DNA from: Nitrospinaceae bacterium
GTDB taxonomy: Bacteria > Nitrospinota > Nitrospinia > Nitrospinales > Nitrospinaceae
Length of the DNA stretch: 64,000 nt
Assembly (NCBI GenBank): GCA_965223665.1
Contig: OZ245011.1
Span: 1,216,001-1,280,000 of the forward strand
Direction of reading: 5' to 3'
Part shown: piece after piece, positions 50,569-59,926 of the stretch
Layout: the number at the start of each line of letters is the position of its first letter
Numbering within the stretch: the stretch's first letter is position 1
Made by a program: the position numbers and the translations under genes
Notes under the pieces: generated by a model
Database searches by the model: none
Told to the model about the DNA's origin: nothing
What the model saw: only the letters and a program-made list of their open reading frames with translations

Positions 50569-51363
50569 GTGAAAAAGAACCTTGCATTTTTTAATTGGAT
50601 TTTGACTTTCTTCATTATCCTCGGGTTAGCCGGGACATCATATACCTGGATGGTTCCGAACTATCCTTCTCGTATCGATGGGTCGGTACAAATTGCCTCT
50701 CCTCGACAATTGGAAAAACCGGTAGTCACACGAAAGAATATTCCCGCGACTTTCAAAAAACAAATTATAGATGCAAATTTATTCCGCAAGGAAAGAGTTC
50801 AATATTCTCAACCACAAGCTCCTGTGGTTGCAGCTAAAACTAATGAAGAAAGGTTTGAACTGCCGCCACCCAAACTGGCTTTAAAGGGTGTCCTGCTTCT
50901 AGGGGGAACTCAAATAGCTATGATTAATGGAACTTATCCCATTCGCGAAACCAACAATAAAATAACAGACAAACCTGTAAAAAGGCGACCGTATAAAATT
51001 GGCGACAAGATTGGGAATTACAAAATAAAATCCATCAAGAAAACATACGTCACCCTAAGCGCAAAAAGTGGTCAAGACTTGACTTTAAAGGTTTCAAGCC
51101 AAAGCAAGGAAAGCCCTATTCAAAGAGAAGGGACTCAACTTTTTCATAAAGACCCTAGTTCAAGAAATTTTCAAAGAAGAAATATTTCTTCCGATAAACG
51201 TCAGACGAATGCAAGGCCAAACGAACCACGGTCTCCTAGAAACAGACCCGTTCCAAGGGCTTCACGCCCCAGGAAGCCCAAGAGAAATCTGCCTCCTTCT
51301 ACTAATATTTCAGGTGCAAAGGCACCGAATTCTAAAATTGTTGATGCAGATGCAGATGAATAA
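50569..51363 (+). CDS. Probable T2SS GspC-like protein without PDZ domain
   Basis: N-terminal TM, NLF, LALKGVLL..AMI, YKIGDKIGNYKIKSI; first gene of gsp operon. Confidence 0.68.
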   Translation: MKKNLAFFNWILTFFIILGLAGTSYTWMVPNYPSRIDGSVQIASPRQLEKPVVTRKNIPATFKKQIIDANLFRKERVQYSQPQAPVVAAKTNEERFELPPPKLALKGVLLLGGTQIAMINGTYPIRETNNKITDKPVKRRPYKIGDKIGNYKIKSIKKTYVTLSAKSGQDLTLKVSSQSKESPIQREGTQLFHKDPSSRNFQRRNISSDKRQTNARPNEPRSPRNRPVPRASRPRKPKRNLPPSTNISGAKAPNSKIVDADADE

Positions 51364-51382
51364 TTTTTAGCGAAGAGAATTT

Positions 51383-53080
51383 ATGTTAAAAAAGGTAGAC
51401 CCAATAGAAAACATTCTACTAAGCAGCAAAAAGATCTCCGAAAAGTCTCTCGAGGAATTCAAAAAGAATAGCCTCCAATCAGGGAAATACATGGGAAAAG
51501 CACTTGTGGACCATGGTTACATCCATGTTCAAACTCTTCTCGAAATCTTGAGTCAAAACCTTAAAATTCCACTTTTAAAATCATCCGATTTCCCAAAAGA
51601 TAAAATGCCTGTTGAAGGCTTAGATCTTTCAGACAGTTATCTTAAAGAAAAACTAATACTTCCTCTTCAAGCTGATGAAAACGTTTTAACCATTACCGCA
51701 TATGATCCATTTGATTGGAACACTTTTGAAGATCTAAAACTATCCACTGGAAAAGAACTCATCCTGAATTTAAGTAGCGAAGAAGACATTATGGAAGGGA
51801 TAGAGATGTTTTACGGGGTTGGCGGCTCCGCAATGGATCGCATGGTGGACAACATCAATGAAGAAGAAGGCGTAGATGCAGACTTTGATATTGAGTCCAC
51901 CGAACATATCCGGGACATGGCATCAGAAGCTCCTGTAATTAAACTAGTAAATCATATATTAAATCAAGCCATTGAAATCGGGGCCAGTGACATTCACTTA
52001 GAACCTTTCTCTGATGACATGATCCTACGCTACAGGATTGACGGAATTCTTCATGATTTTGAAGCTCCCCCCAAACGGCTTCAATCAGCCATCATTACCC
52101 GAATTAAAATTATGGCGAAATTAGATATATCAGAAAGACGGCTTCCGCAGGATGGGCGTATCCGAATAAAAACTCAGGGAAAAGATATTGATATCCGGGT
52201 TTCAACTCTTCCTACTTTATACGGCGAAAGCGTTGTTATGCGTATTTTGGATCGAGGGAATATTGTTGTTAATTTAGATTCCCTTGGTTTTCCTGAAAAG
52301 CAATTAGCACAATACCAAAAACTAATCCATAAACCCTATGGGAAAATTTTGGTTACTGGGCCAACAGGAAGTGGAAAAACCACCACACTTTACGGGAGCT
52401 TGGAAAAAATCAATACTCCTGACAAAAAAATTGTAACCATTGAAGATCCTGTTGAATATCAACTCAGAGGTGTGAATCAAATTCATGTTAAATCCTCGAT
52501 AGGATTAACTTTCGCCAACGGGTTGAGGTCCATTGTAAGACAAGATCCAGATGTCATCATGATTGGGGAAATCCGTGATTCTGAAACTGCGGAGATTGCT
52601 ATTCAGGCAGCATTAACGGGACACTTAGTTCTCAGCACAGTTCATACCAATGATGCAGCGGGAGCCATTACTCGGTTACAGGATATGGGAATAGAAAGCT
52701 TTTTAATATCTTCCGCTTTATTAGGAATACTTGCACAACGCTTGGTTCGGGTAATATGCCCTCACTGTAAGACTCAACAAGATATCAGCGGAGAAACCTT
52801 AGCTGAACTGGGAATTAAATCGAGTGGGGACATCCATGCTTATCATGGTACCGGGTGCAAAGAGTGCAATGGAACCGGTTATCGAGGCCGCATGGGAATC
52901 TATGAAATTCTAGTCATAGAGGATCCTATCAGGAATCTAATTCTATCCAAAGCTGGGGCTCAGGAAATTCGAGAAACCGCTAGAGAAAATGGAATGGTAA
53001 TGCTCAGAGAAGATGGAATGGATAAGGTCATCAAAGGCCAAACAACTATTGAAGAAATTATTCGTGTAACACAAAGTTAA
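51383..53080 (+). CDS. gspE: T2SS ATPase
   Basis: ASDIHLEP, ERRLPQDGR, GPTGSGKTTTLY, RQDPDVIMIGEIRD, CxxC/CxxC. Confidence 0.96.
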   Translation: MLKKVDPIENILLSSKKISEKSLEEFKKNSLQSGKYMGKALVDHGYIHVQTLLEILSQNLKIPLLKSSDFPKDKMPVEGLDLSDSYLKEKLILPLQADENVLTITAYDPFDWNTFEDLKLSTGKELILNLSSEEDIMEGIEMFYGVGGSAMDRMVDNINEEEGVDADFDIESTEHIRDMASEAPVIKLVNHILNQAIEIGASDIHLEPFSDDMILRYRIDGILHDFEAPPKRLQSAIITRIKIMAKLDISERRLPQDGRIRIKTQGKDIDIRVSTLPTLYGESVVMRILDRGNIVVNLDSLGFPEKQLAQYQKLIHKPYGKILVTGPTGSGKTTTLYGSLEKINTPDKKIVTIEDPVEYQLRGVNQIHVKSSIGLTFANGLRSIVRQDPDVIMIGEIRDSETAEIAIQAALTGHLVLSTVHTNDAAGAITRLQDMGIESFLISSALLGILAQRLVRVICPHCKTQQDISGETLAELGIKSSGDIHAYHGTGCKECNGTGYRGRMGIYEILVIEDPIRNLILSKAGAQEIRETARENGMVMLREDGMDKVIKGQTTIEEIIRVTQS

Positions 53081-53093
53081 GAAAAATACCTTT

Positions 53094-54320
53094 ATGGAAA
53101 CCTTTTTTTATCAAGCGACTGACAAATCGGGGAAATTTGTAGAAGGAGACATACAAGCAGTTGACTTCAAATCCGCAGTACAAAAAGTTCGCCGGCTCAA
53201 CTATTTTCCAATCAAGGTCACGCAGGGAAAACAGCGACCATCAATATCAAAATTATTTCAATTCCCTCTAGCTCAATGGTTCTCACGAATAAAGCACAAG
53301 GAGTTACTTAGCTTTACTCAACAGTTAGCTACTTTAGTAAGTTCAGGGCTAACTTTGGATCGAAGTCTCGGCATTACCGTCCAACTTTCTGAAAGAGAAA
53401 AATGTAAAGAGGTGTTTTCTGATATTCAAAAAAGGGTTCACGCTGGCAGCACTTTTTCTGACGCACTTGCAAGCCATCCCAAGGTATTTTCAAAGTTATA
53501 TGCCAGCATGATTCATGCAGGTGAAATCGGAGGGGTATTGGACACTGTTCTCCATAGATTAGCCGGATTTTTAGAAAATATTGAAGAGATGAAAGGAAAA
53601 GTTATTTCCGCCCTTATTTACCCATTAATTCTTCTTGTTTTTGGTTTGGGGGCATTAGCAGTTTTAACCATATGGGTAATGCCAAAGTTTATGGTAATTT
53701 TTGAAAGCTCCGACAAAGCACTCCCGTTACTAACGCAAATGTTGATCACTTTCACGGAGATCACCAATCGTTTTTGGCCGTTTCTGCTTTTATTTTTAAT
53801 CTCAGCAGTTATTGGATTTCTTTACTTTATAAAAAGTGAGCCAGGACGATACAAATGGGATAGTTTTTTATTAAAAGTTCCCGTATTCAATGATTTAATT
53901 CGTAAAGTGGAGGTTTCAAGGTTCAGTCGGACCATGGCTACATTATTAAACAGCGGGGTTCCCGTCCTGCAAGCTTTGGGCATAGTAAAGACTATCCTCA
54001 CCAATCAGGTCATTTCAAATTCTATGAAAAGCCTACACGATAGCCTAAAAGGAGGTAAAGGTTTTGCTAAACCTCTAGAAAAAATTGGCATTTTTCCACC
54101 AATGGCAATTCATATGATAGTTGTTGGGGAAGAGACGGGAGCAATGGAGGAAATGCTGAATAAAGTTGCCGATACTTTTGACAAAGAAGTGGATACAGCT
54201 CTCAAGCGTGTCGTGGCATTAATTCAACCCCTTATAATTATTTTCTTGGGGATTTTTATAATTTTCATCGTTGCCGGAACTCTATTAGGAATGATGAGTA
54301 TAAGTGATGCGGTAATTTAA
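53094..54320 (+). CDS. gspF: T2SS inner membrane platform protein
   Basis: FTQQLATLVSSG, AGEIGG, SALIYP, GEETG. Confidence 0.95.
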   Translation: METFFYQATDKSGKFVEGDIQAVDFKSAVQKVRRLNYFPIKVTQGKQRPSISKLFQFPLAQWFSRIKHKELLSFTQQLATLVSSGLTLDRSLGITVQLSEREKCKEVFSDIQKRVHAGSTFSDALASHPKVFSKLYASMIHAGEIGGVLDTVLHRLAGFLENIEEMKGKVISALIYPLILLVFGLGALAVLTIWVMPKFMVIFESSDKALPLLTQMLITFTEITNRFWPFLLLFLISAVIGFLYFIKSEPGRYKWDSFLLKVPVFNDLIRKVEVSRFSRTMATLLNSGVPVLQALGIVKTILTNQVISNSMKSLHDSLKGGKGFAKPLEKIGIFPPMAIHMIVVGEETGAMEEMLNKVADTFDKEVDTALKRVVALIQPLIIIFLGIFIIFIVAGTLLGMMSISDAVI

Positions 54321-54347
54321 TTTTATTTACTAAAGAGGTTGGATGTG

Positions 54348-54764
54348 ATGAGAAATTTCAAAAGGAGAAACAGAGATAAAAAAACTGAAGATGGTTTTAC
54401 ATTAATAGAAATACTCATGGTTATCATTATGATTGGATTGATTGCCGCCTTTGTGGCCCCAAAGTTTTTAGATCAGGTGGATACTGCCAAACAAACAGAT
54501 GCGCAAGCTCAAATTGGAATGCTGGGTCAAGCACTTGATCTTTATCGTCTGGAAAAAGGCAAATACCCTTCTACTTCTGATGGATTGGAAGCTATTCGCC
54601 CTTATTTAAAAAAAGAAATCCCAAAGGATCCCTGGGGAAATCCTTTCCATTATCAATACCCAGGAAATAATGGAGATTATGACCTTGTTTCTTATGGCGC
54701 AGATAATTCTGAGGGTGGGGAAGGCATTGATCAAGACATTGTAAGCTGGAAAAATTTTAAATAA
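54348..54764 (+). CDS. gspG: T2SS major pseudopilin
   Basis: GFTLIEI, ALDLYRL, YPST, DPWGNPF, SYGAD..GGEG..DI. Confidence 0.96.
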   Translation: MRNFKRRNRDKKTEDGFTLIEILMVIIMIGLIAAFVAPKFLDQVDTAKQTDAQAQIGMLGQALDLYRLEKGKYPSTSDGLEAIRPYLKKEIPKDPWGNPFHYQYPGNNGDYDLVSYGADNSEGGEGIDQDIVSWKNFK

Positions 54765-54770
54765 TTTTTC

Positions 54771-55262
54771 ATGAAAATAATTAACGAACGTGGGTTCACC
54801 CTTATTGAAATAATTTTAATAGTTTTGCTGATGGGATTAATTGCCGGATTGGCCATTCCCGTTGTCATGGACACCCTGGACCGGGTACAACGAAATTCTT
54901 CCTTGAGGGAGGTTTCTTCTATTTTAAGAACAGCCAGAGTACGGGCTGTTGCCATTAAAGCTCCTATCTCTTTCAATGGAGACTTTGAAAGCAATGAGTT
55001 TTGGCTGACAAATGTTAGAGAGGAAAAAGACTATAAAATTTTTGAATTAGAGGATGAAATTATTTTCAGTGAATACGATGACGGTGACTCCATTTTAAAT
55101 GAAGGTGTATTTTCGATTCTTTTTTTTCCGCAAGGAAATTCGTCAGGCGGGGAAATCACATTCACACCTCCTGAGTCCGAAGACTCTGAAGATAAAGAAA
55201 GATACTTTATAAATGTGGATCCAATCACGGGAAAACCAAGTATTGAATTTGAAGAAGAGTGA
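54771..55262 (+). CDS. gspH: T2SS minor pseudopilin H
   Basis: GFTLIEI prepilin motif; FFPQGNSSGG; gene order. Confidence 0.85.
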   Translation: MKIINERGFTLIEIILIVLLMGLIAGLAIPVVMDTLDRVQRNSSLREVSSILRTARVRAVAIKAPISFNGDFESNEFWLTNVREEKDYKIFELEDEIIFSEYDDGDSILNEGVFSILFFPQGNSSGGEITFTPPESEDSEDKERYFINVDPITGKPSIEFEEE

Positions 55263-55851
55263 ATTTGGTTTCACACTTCTAGAAATCATAATTGCTTTAA
55301 CTATTTTGGCATTTGGTTTTATTACCGTAATCCAACTGTTTTCAGGAGGGGCTAAACTAGGAATTGCTTCAGATCAATATTTAAAAGGAGTGGCATTAGC
55401 CCATCACAAAATGAGCGAGTTAGAACTTTCCACCATCGAGTTTGATTCTTTGGGAGGAGAATTTGAAAATGAGGAAGGCTATAGCTGGCGATTAGAAGTA
55501 GAGCCTTTTGATGTTCCTCTAAATAATGAGGAAGAAAATATTCAAATGGCTCAGTTAACTTTGGACGTATTTTGGGAGGACGCCGGAGAAGAAAAGTTTA
55601 TTCAAGTGACTACATTAAAAACATTAGGAAATGCCTATCCCGCTACGGACAATTTACTCCGCAGCACTATTAAGGCACAAACTGGAGCTACCGCACCGGT
55701 AGGAACAGGAACTAACACCCCCACCGGACCAGGGGCCGCTCCACCCATTGATGCAGTTCAACCGGACCCAGACGATGTCCAGTTTGATATCAGCGGTTTT
55801 CCCTTGTCGTCAGATGGAGATAATCAAGGTCAAATTGGTGTAGCAAAATAA
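55249..55851 (+). CDS. gspI: T2SS minor pseudopilin I
   Basis: GFTLLEIIIALTI prepilin motif; gene order; likely TTG start. Confidence 0.82.
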   Translation: MKKSEFGFTLLEIIIALTILAFGFITVIQLFSGGAKLGIASDQYLKGVALAHHKMSELELSTIEFDSLGGEFENEEGYSWRLEVEPFDVPLNNEEENIQMAQLTLDVFWEDAGEEKFIQVTTLKTLGNAYPATDNLLRSTIKAQTGATAPVGTGTNTPTGPGAAPPIDAVQPDPDDVQFDISGFPLSSDGDNQGQIGVAK

Positions 55852-56717
55852 TGAGGCAAATTAAATCACAAAAAGGATTTACCCTTTTAGAACTTCTCAT
55901 TTCATTAATGATTTTCACTTTGGTGATAATGGTAACCATGCAAGTTATTAGATTGGCGGTAACTTCTCGCGAAATTTCTGATAAGAAATTAGATACACTA
56001 CAAAGATTGCGTTTTATTAACGAGCAACTTAATTCAAAAATCCGGTCCATTCATCCTTTATTTATCCCAAAACCCGGCAAAGAGGATCTTATAAATCGAA
56101 AAAAACCAAAATCAAGTGCAAAAATATTAGCATTTCAGGGTAAATCAGATTCTATTAAATTTATTACTTTCGCCGAGAAATTGGACTCTATAAATCAAGG
56201 CCCACAGATTCATGAAGTTCAAATTTATCTGGGAACCCATCCCGAGACAGATGAAGAAGGAATTTTAATGCTGGAAAGGGAAATCACATCATTTGAAGAT
56301 ATCTTTAAGGATGACTCTGAAAATAATGAAGGAAATCTTTTATTATTAGCTGATGAAGTAGACCACTTAGAATTTAAATTTTATCAAGTAAATGTAGAAG
56401 AAAACCTGACACCGGATGATTCCGGAAAAATTCAATCCTTAGAATATAAAGGAGAATGGGTCGATACCATTAACCAGGAAGTATTTGGTCTTATTGACAC
56501 ATCTCAGGCAGATTCTTTAAGAGACAGAGATAATGACGATGAACCCATCAATTTACCAAGAGCTATTGAATTTTCTCTTGGGATATTTACGGATTCTTTT
56601 GATGAGGAAAATGGGGAGCGAGAATTAATTACTTTGCCTCCAACCATAATTCCCATTCATTCTGGAATGGTTTTTGAGCGGACAATACTAGAAGATGGAC
56701 TGGAACAACCAACTTAA
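55851..56717 (+). CDS. gspJ: T2SS minor pseudopilin J
   Basis: QKGFTLLELLIS; LPRAIE near C-terminus; gene order. Confidence 0.82.
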   Translation: MRQIKSQKGFTLLELLISLMIFTLVIMVTMQVIRLAVTSREISDKKLDTLQRLRFINEQLNSKIRSIHPLFIPKPGKEDLINRKKPKSSAKILAFQGKSDSIKFITFAEKLDSINQGPQIHEVQIYLGTHPETDEEGILMLEREITSFEDIFKDDSENNEGNLLLLADEVDHLEFKFYQVNVEENLTPDDSGKIQSLEYKGEWVDTINQEVFGLIDTSQADSLRDRDNDDEPINLPRAIEFSLGIFTDSFDEENGERELITLPPTIIPIHSGMVFERTILEDGLEQPT

Positions 56718-57876
56718 AAAAAACCAAGGCGGGTTTGCAATGCTTCTTGTTCTTTGGGCAATGGTGTTATTGATTGCTCTAGGGACGGATTTTGCCTTCT
56801 CTATGCGCACTGAGGTTAATTCTACACGTAACTACAAAGAAGATGTGCAAGCCTATTATTTGGCAAAATCAGGTATCCAATTAGCAATGGCAGAAATACT
56901 TCAAAAAGTAAAATATCACTCCAGGACTGAAGAAACAGGTTACATTTTTGGGAAAGACGTCGATACTAATGATGAGGACAATAATAATCTCTTTTCAAAT
57001 GACCTCAATTCCAATAACAAAAAGGAGGAAGAGGACGAAAATAGCCTTATTTCAAAAGGGTTTAGTTTGAAAAACCAGAAAAAAGAAAAAAAAAGTAATT
57101 CTTTTTTTCAGGATTTAATTTTTGGAAAAGAAGAAAACGAGGAAGAATCCTCAGAATCCTGGAGTCGAACAGAAATCGAATTAGGTGACGGCACGGTTAA
57201 TTATTCAATAAGTGACGAAAACGGAAAAATTAATATTAACACCGCATCACGGGAAATTCTGGTTCGGGCACTTCAGGCTAATGGGATTGAATTAGGAAAT
57301 GACCGAGATGAAATCGCTGACTCTATATTGGATTGGATTGATGCAGATGATAATCACCGGTTGAATGGTGTTGAGAGCAATTACTATGAGGGATTGAATC
57401 CACCCTATAAAGCTAAAAATGCGCCATTAGATAGCATTGACGAATTATTGAAAATTCGTGGAATTACTAAGGAACTTGTTTATGGAAGTCCAGATTACGA
57501 AGAATTCGAATCTGAAAATGAAAACTCTGAAAGCAATGATGACAAAGAGAATGATTTTTTAGAAACCGATTCAAAACCTGGGTTGGCAAGAATCTTTACC
57601 GTTCAAAACGTTCCCTTGTTCAACTCAAATACAGCAACGAAGGCTGCATTATCGGTAATTTATACCAGTCAACAAATTGAGGATATTCAATCATCCATTT
57701 CAGATAAAGGTTTTTATAATGAATCGCAATCCACTCATTTCAAAGTCGTCAGCACAGGAAAATTAGATGACAGTGAAACTCAACATACTATTGTCGCGAT
57801 TATTGAAAAATTAGGTGTTGATGATAAAGCTACCTTAATCATTCGATATTGGAAGGACAATGCATTTTTAGAATGA
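56695..57876 (+). CDS. gspK: T2SS minor pseudopilin K
   Basis: GGFAMLLVLW (no Glu+5), DENGKININ, ILDWIDAD, ELLKIRG. Confidence 0.92.
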   Translation: MDWNNQLKKNQGGFAMLLVLWAMVLLIALGTDFAFSMRTEVNSTRNYKEDVQAYYLAKSGIQLAMAEILQKVKYHSRTEETGYIFGKDVDTNDEDNNNLFSNDLNSNNKKEEEDENSLISKGFSLKNQKKEKKSNSFFQDLIFGKEENEEESSESWSRTEIELGDGTVNYSISDENGKININTASREILVRALQANGIELGNDRDEIADSILDWIDADDNHRLNGVESNYYEGLNPPYKAKNAPLDSIDELLKIRGITKELVYGSPDYEEFESENENSESNDDKENDFLETDSKPGLARIFTVQNVPLFNSNTATKAALSVIYTSQQIEDIQSSISDKGFYNESQSTHFKVVSTGKLDDSETQHTIVAIIEKLGVDDKATLIIRYWKDNAFLE

Positions 57877-59348
57877 GTATTTTTGTAGAAAAATCTTTAG
57901 GAATCGACTTTAGAGAAAATCACGTTTCTCTTATTCTACTCGGCAAGAAATTCAAATCTGTCGATATATTGGGTTCTCGTGTTTTTAATATTGATTCCCA
58001 ACAGGGGGCGGAAGCATTCGAGCAAACATTTATTAATGAAGTAAGTAACTTTCTAGTGAGCCTTGATGCTCAACCTGATGCAGTCACTCTCAGCTTACCG
58101 CGTGGATCCATTACCCTACAATCTTTCACACTACCTGCACCCGATTTGAAGTCAGTGGAATCAATGATTGAATTTGAATTAGATCGGCATTTTTCTTCCT
58201 CATTAGATGAATTAAACTTTTCGTATCACATCAAGAAAAAAGAAGAGAATAATTTTCACGTTATTGCTGCTGCCACCAAAAAAGAAACTTTAAAATATTA
58301 CGTTTGGTTACTGGGGCAGTTAAATCTGGAACCAGCCACTATTGATATTTCCACTTTTGGAAATATCAATATCATCTACGATAAAGATTATAAAATCCCT
58401 TCAGTAGAAGCTATGGTCGACATTTCCCCCGGAGCAATTGATGTAACCATAATGAAAAATGGATTAATGGAAATTTCAAGAAATGTTCCCTTGGAAGACT
58501 CAGAAATTAAATCTGTATATTATGAAGAAAACCTTCCAGAAACTATTTGTGAAAATGCTTCTCAAAGAATATCCAAAGAAGTTTTAAAAGCTTTACAGGA
58601 TACACTAAATGCATGCAGTGCAATAAACCCGGAAGATGAAGTAAAAAAAATTCATGTTTTTGGAGGAGGAAACTTCACAACCAACCTGGTCAACCAAATA
58701 GAAGTTTCCACTGAAGTCCCCACCGAAGCTGCGCTACCGATTTCATTTATTCAACAAGAATTGCCATTATATTTTGATCCTGGTTATATGATGACCGCAT
58801 TGGGTTTGGCCTTAAGGGGTCTTCAAAGCAATTCTTTCGAATTCAACTTAAAACCATTGGCTCCAGAAGAATTAAAAAAGCGGTCCTGGGCAATTCGAAA
58901 AACCGCCATGCTTGCAACCTTATCAGTTGTTTTAATTTTCGTTTGGATTGCCAGTAAATTCATTCATAACGATCTCATATTAGATTCACTGGACGGACAA
59001 CTTAAGGAAGTAAAAAGTCAAGTGGGCGCCTTAGAAAGAGTAGACAGAGAATTCACCACCCTGAGCCGCCATATAAATTCTCTAAATACCATCGACCAGA
59101 AAGCACCATTAAAAATGCCTGTTCTCAAAGAATTAACAAATTTATTGCCCAGAGACACTTGGCTCACTCGGATTTCAGTCACTAAAAATAAATTGGAGAT
59201 CCAGGGATATTCTAGTTCTGCATCAAAATTAATTTCATTACTTGAGAACTCCAATTATTTCAAAAACAGCTCATTTAAAGGATCAATCGTCAAAGAAGCA
59301 CGAGGAGAGCGGTTTACAATTCGATCAGAATTGGAGGCCATAAGATGA
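57873..59348 (+). CDS. gspL: T2SS GspL / PilM-PilN-like protein
   Basis: Actin-like cytoplasmic domain (LGIDF, ALGLAL), TM, LPRDTWL..LEIQG periplasmic domain. Confidence 0.82.
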   Translation: MSIFVEKSLGIDFRENHVSLILLGKKFKSVDILGSRVFNIDSQQGAEAFEQTFINEVSNFLVSLDAQPDAVTLSLPRGSITLQSFTLPAPDLKSVESMIEFELDRHFSSSLDELNFSYHIKKKEENNFHVIAAATKKETLKYYVWLLGQLNLEPATIDISTFGNINIIYDKDYKIPSVEAMVDISPGAIDVTIMKNGLMEISRNVPLEDSEIKSVYYEENLPETICENASQRISKEVLKALQDTLNACSAINPEDEVKKIHVFGGGNFTTNLVNQIEVSTEVPTEAALPISFIQQELPLYFDPGYMMTALGLALRGLQSNSFEFNLKPLAPEELKKRSWAIRKTAMLATLSVVLIFVWIASKFIHNDLILDSLDGQLKEVKSQVGALERVDREFTTLSRHINSLNTIDQKAPLKMPVLKELTNLLPRDTWLTRISVTKNKLEIQGYSSSASKLISLLENSNYFKNSSFKGSIVKEARGERFTIRSELEAIR

Positions 59349-59926
59349 TTAAGAATTTAACCGCTCGCGAAAAAAAAATTGGAGTGATCACAGGAGTTTT
59401 AATTATTGTTTTTATAATTTATTCATTAATAATTTCTCCTCTTTATCAAAAACAGAAGAAAGCAGACCAAGAAATTCAAAGTAAAATTTTATTTATCAAC
59501 AAATACTACGCCATATTAAACCAAAAAGAATATTACCAAAACAAAGGCGTAACCAATAAACAACTTGAAGGCGAGTTAGCCCAAAGATTTCTTAGTCCAT
59601 CGCAACCATCACTTGCGGCGGCAAGCTTACAAAAAATCGTCGAAAATCATGCCAAAGGAAATGCAGTAAATGTCATTCAAGTTAAAATTGAAAAACCAAA
59701 ATATGAAGAAGGACTCTTAAGCATTCCTATACGTATTGTCCTAAGGTCAGATTTGCGAAATTTAACGCAATTTTTATTTCAGGTAGAAAACAGTTCAAAG
59801 TTTTTAGTAATTGAGGAAATGGTAATCCGGAGAGTAAATCGAAGCGAACCTGAGTTTTTGGAAACTCGGCTGCTAGTGAGCGGATTTGTCCAAGAACCCC
59901 AATCGGGAAAAAATAAAAAGATATGA
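59345..59926 (+). CDS. gspM: T2SS GspM / PilO-like protein
   Basis: LTAREK + TM, coiled coil, ferredoxin-like C-terminus; ATGA overlap with gspL. Confidence 0.82.
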   Translation: MIKNLTAREKKIGVITGVLIIVFIIYSLIISPLYQKQKKADQEIQSKILFINKYYAILNQKEYYQNKGVTNKQLEGELAQRFLSPSQPSLAAASLQKIVENHAKGNAVNVIQVKIEKPKYEEGLLSIPIRIVLRSDLRNLTQFLFQVENSSKFLVIEEMVIRRVNRSEPEFLETRLLVSGFVQEPQSGKNKKI

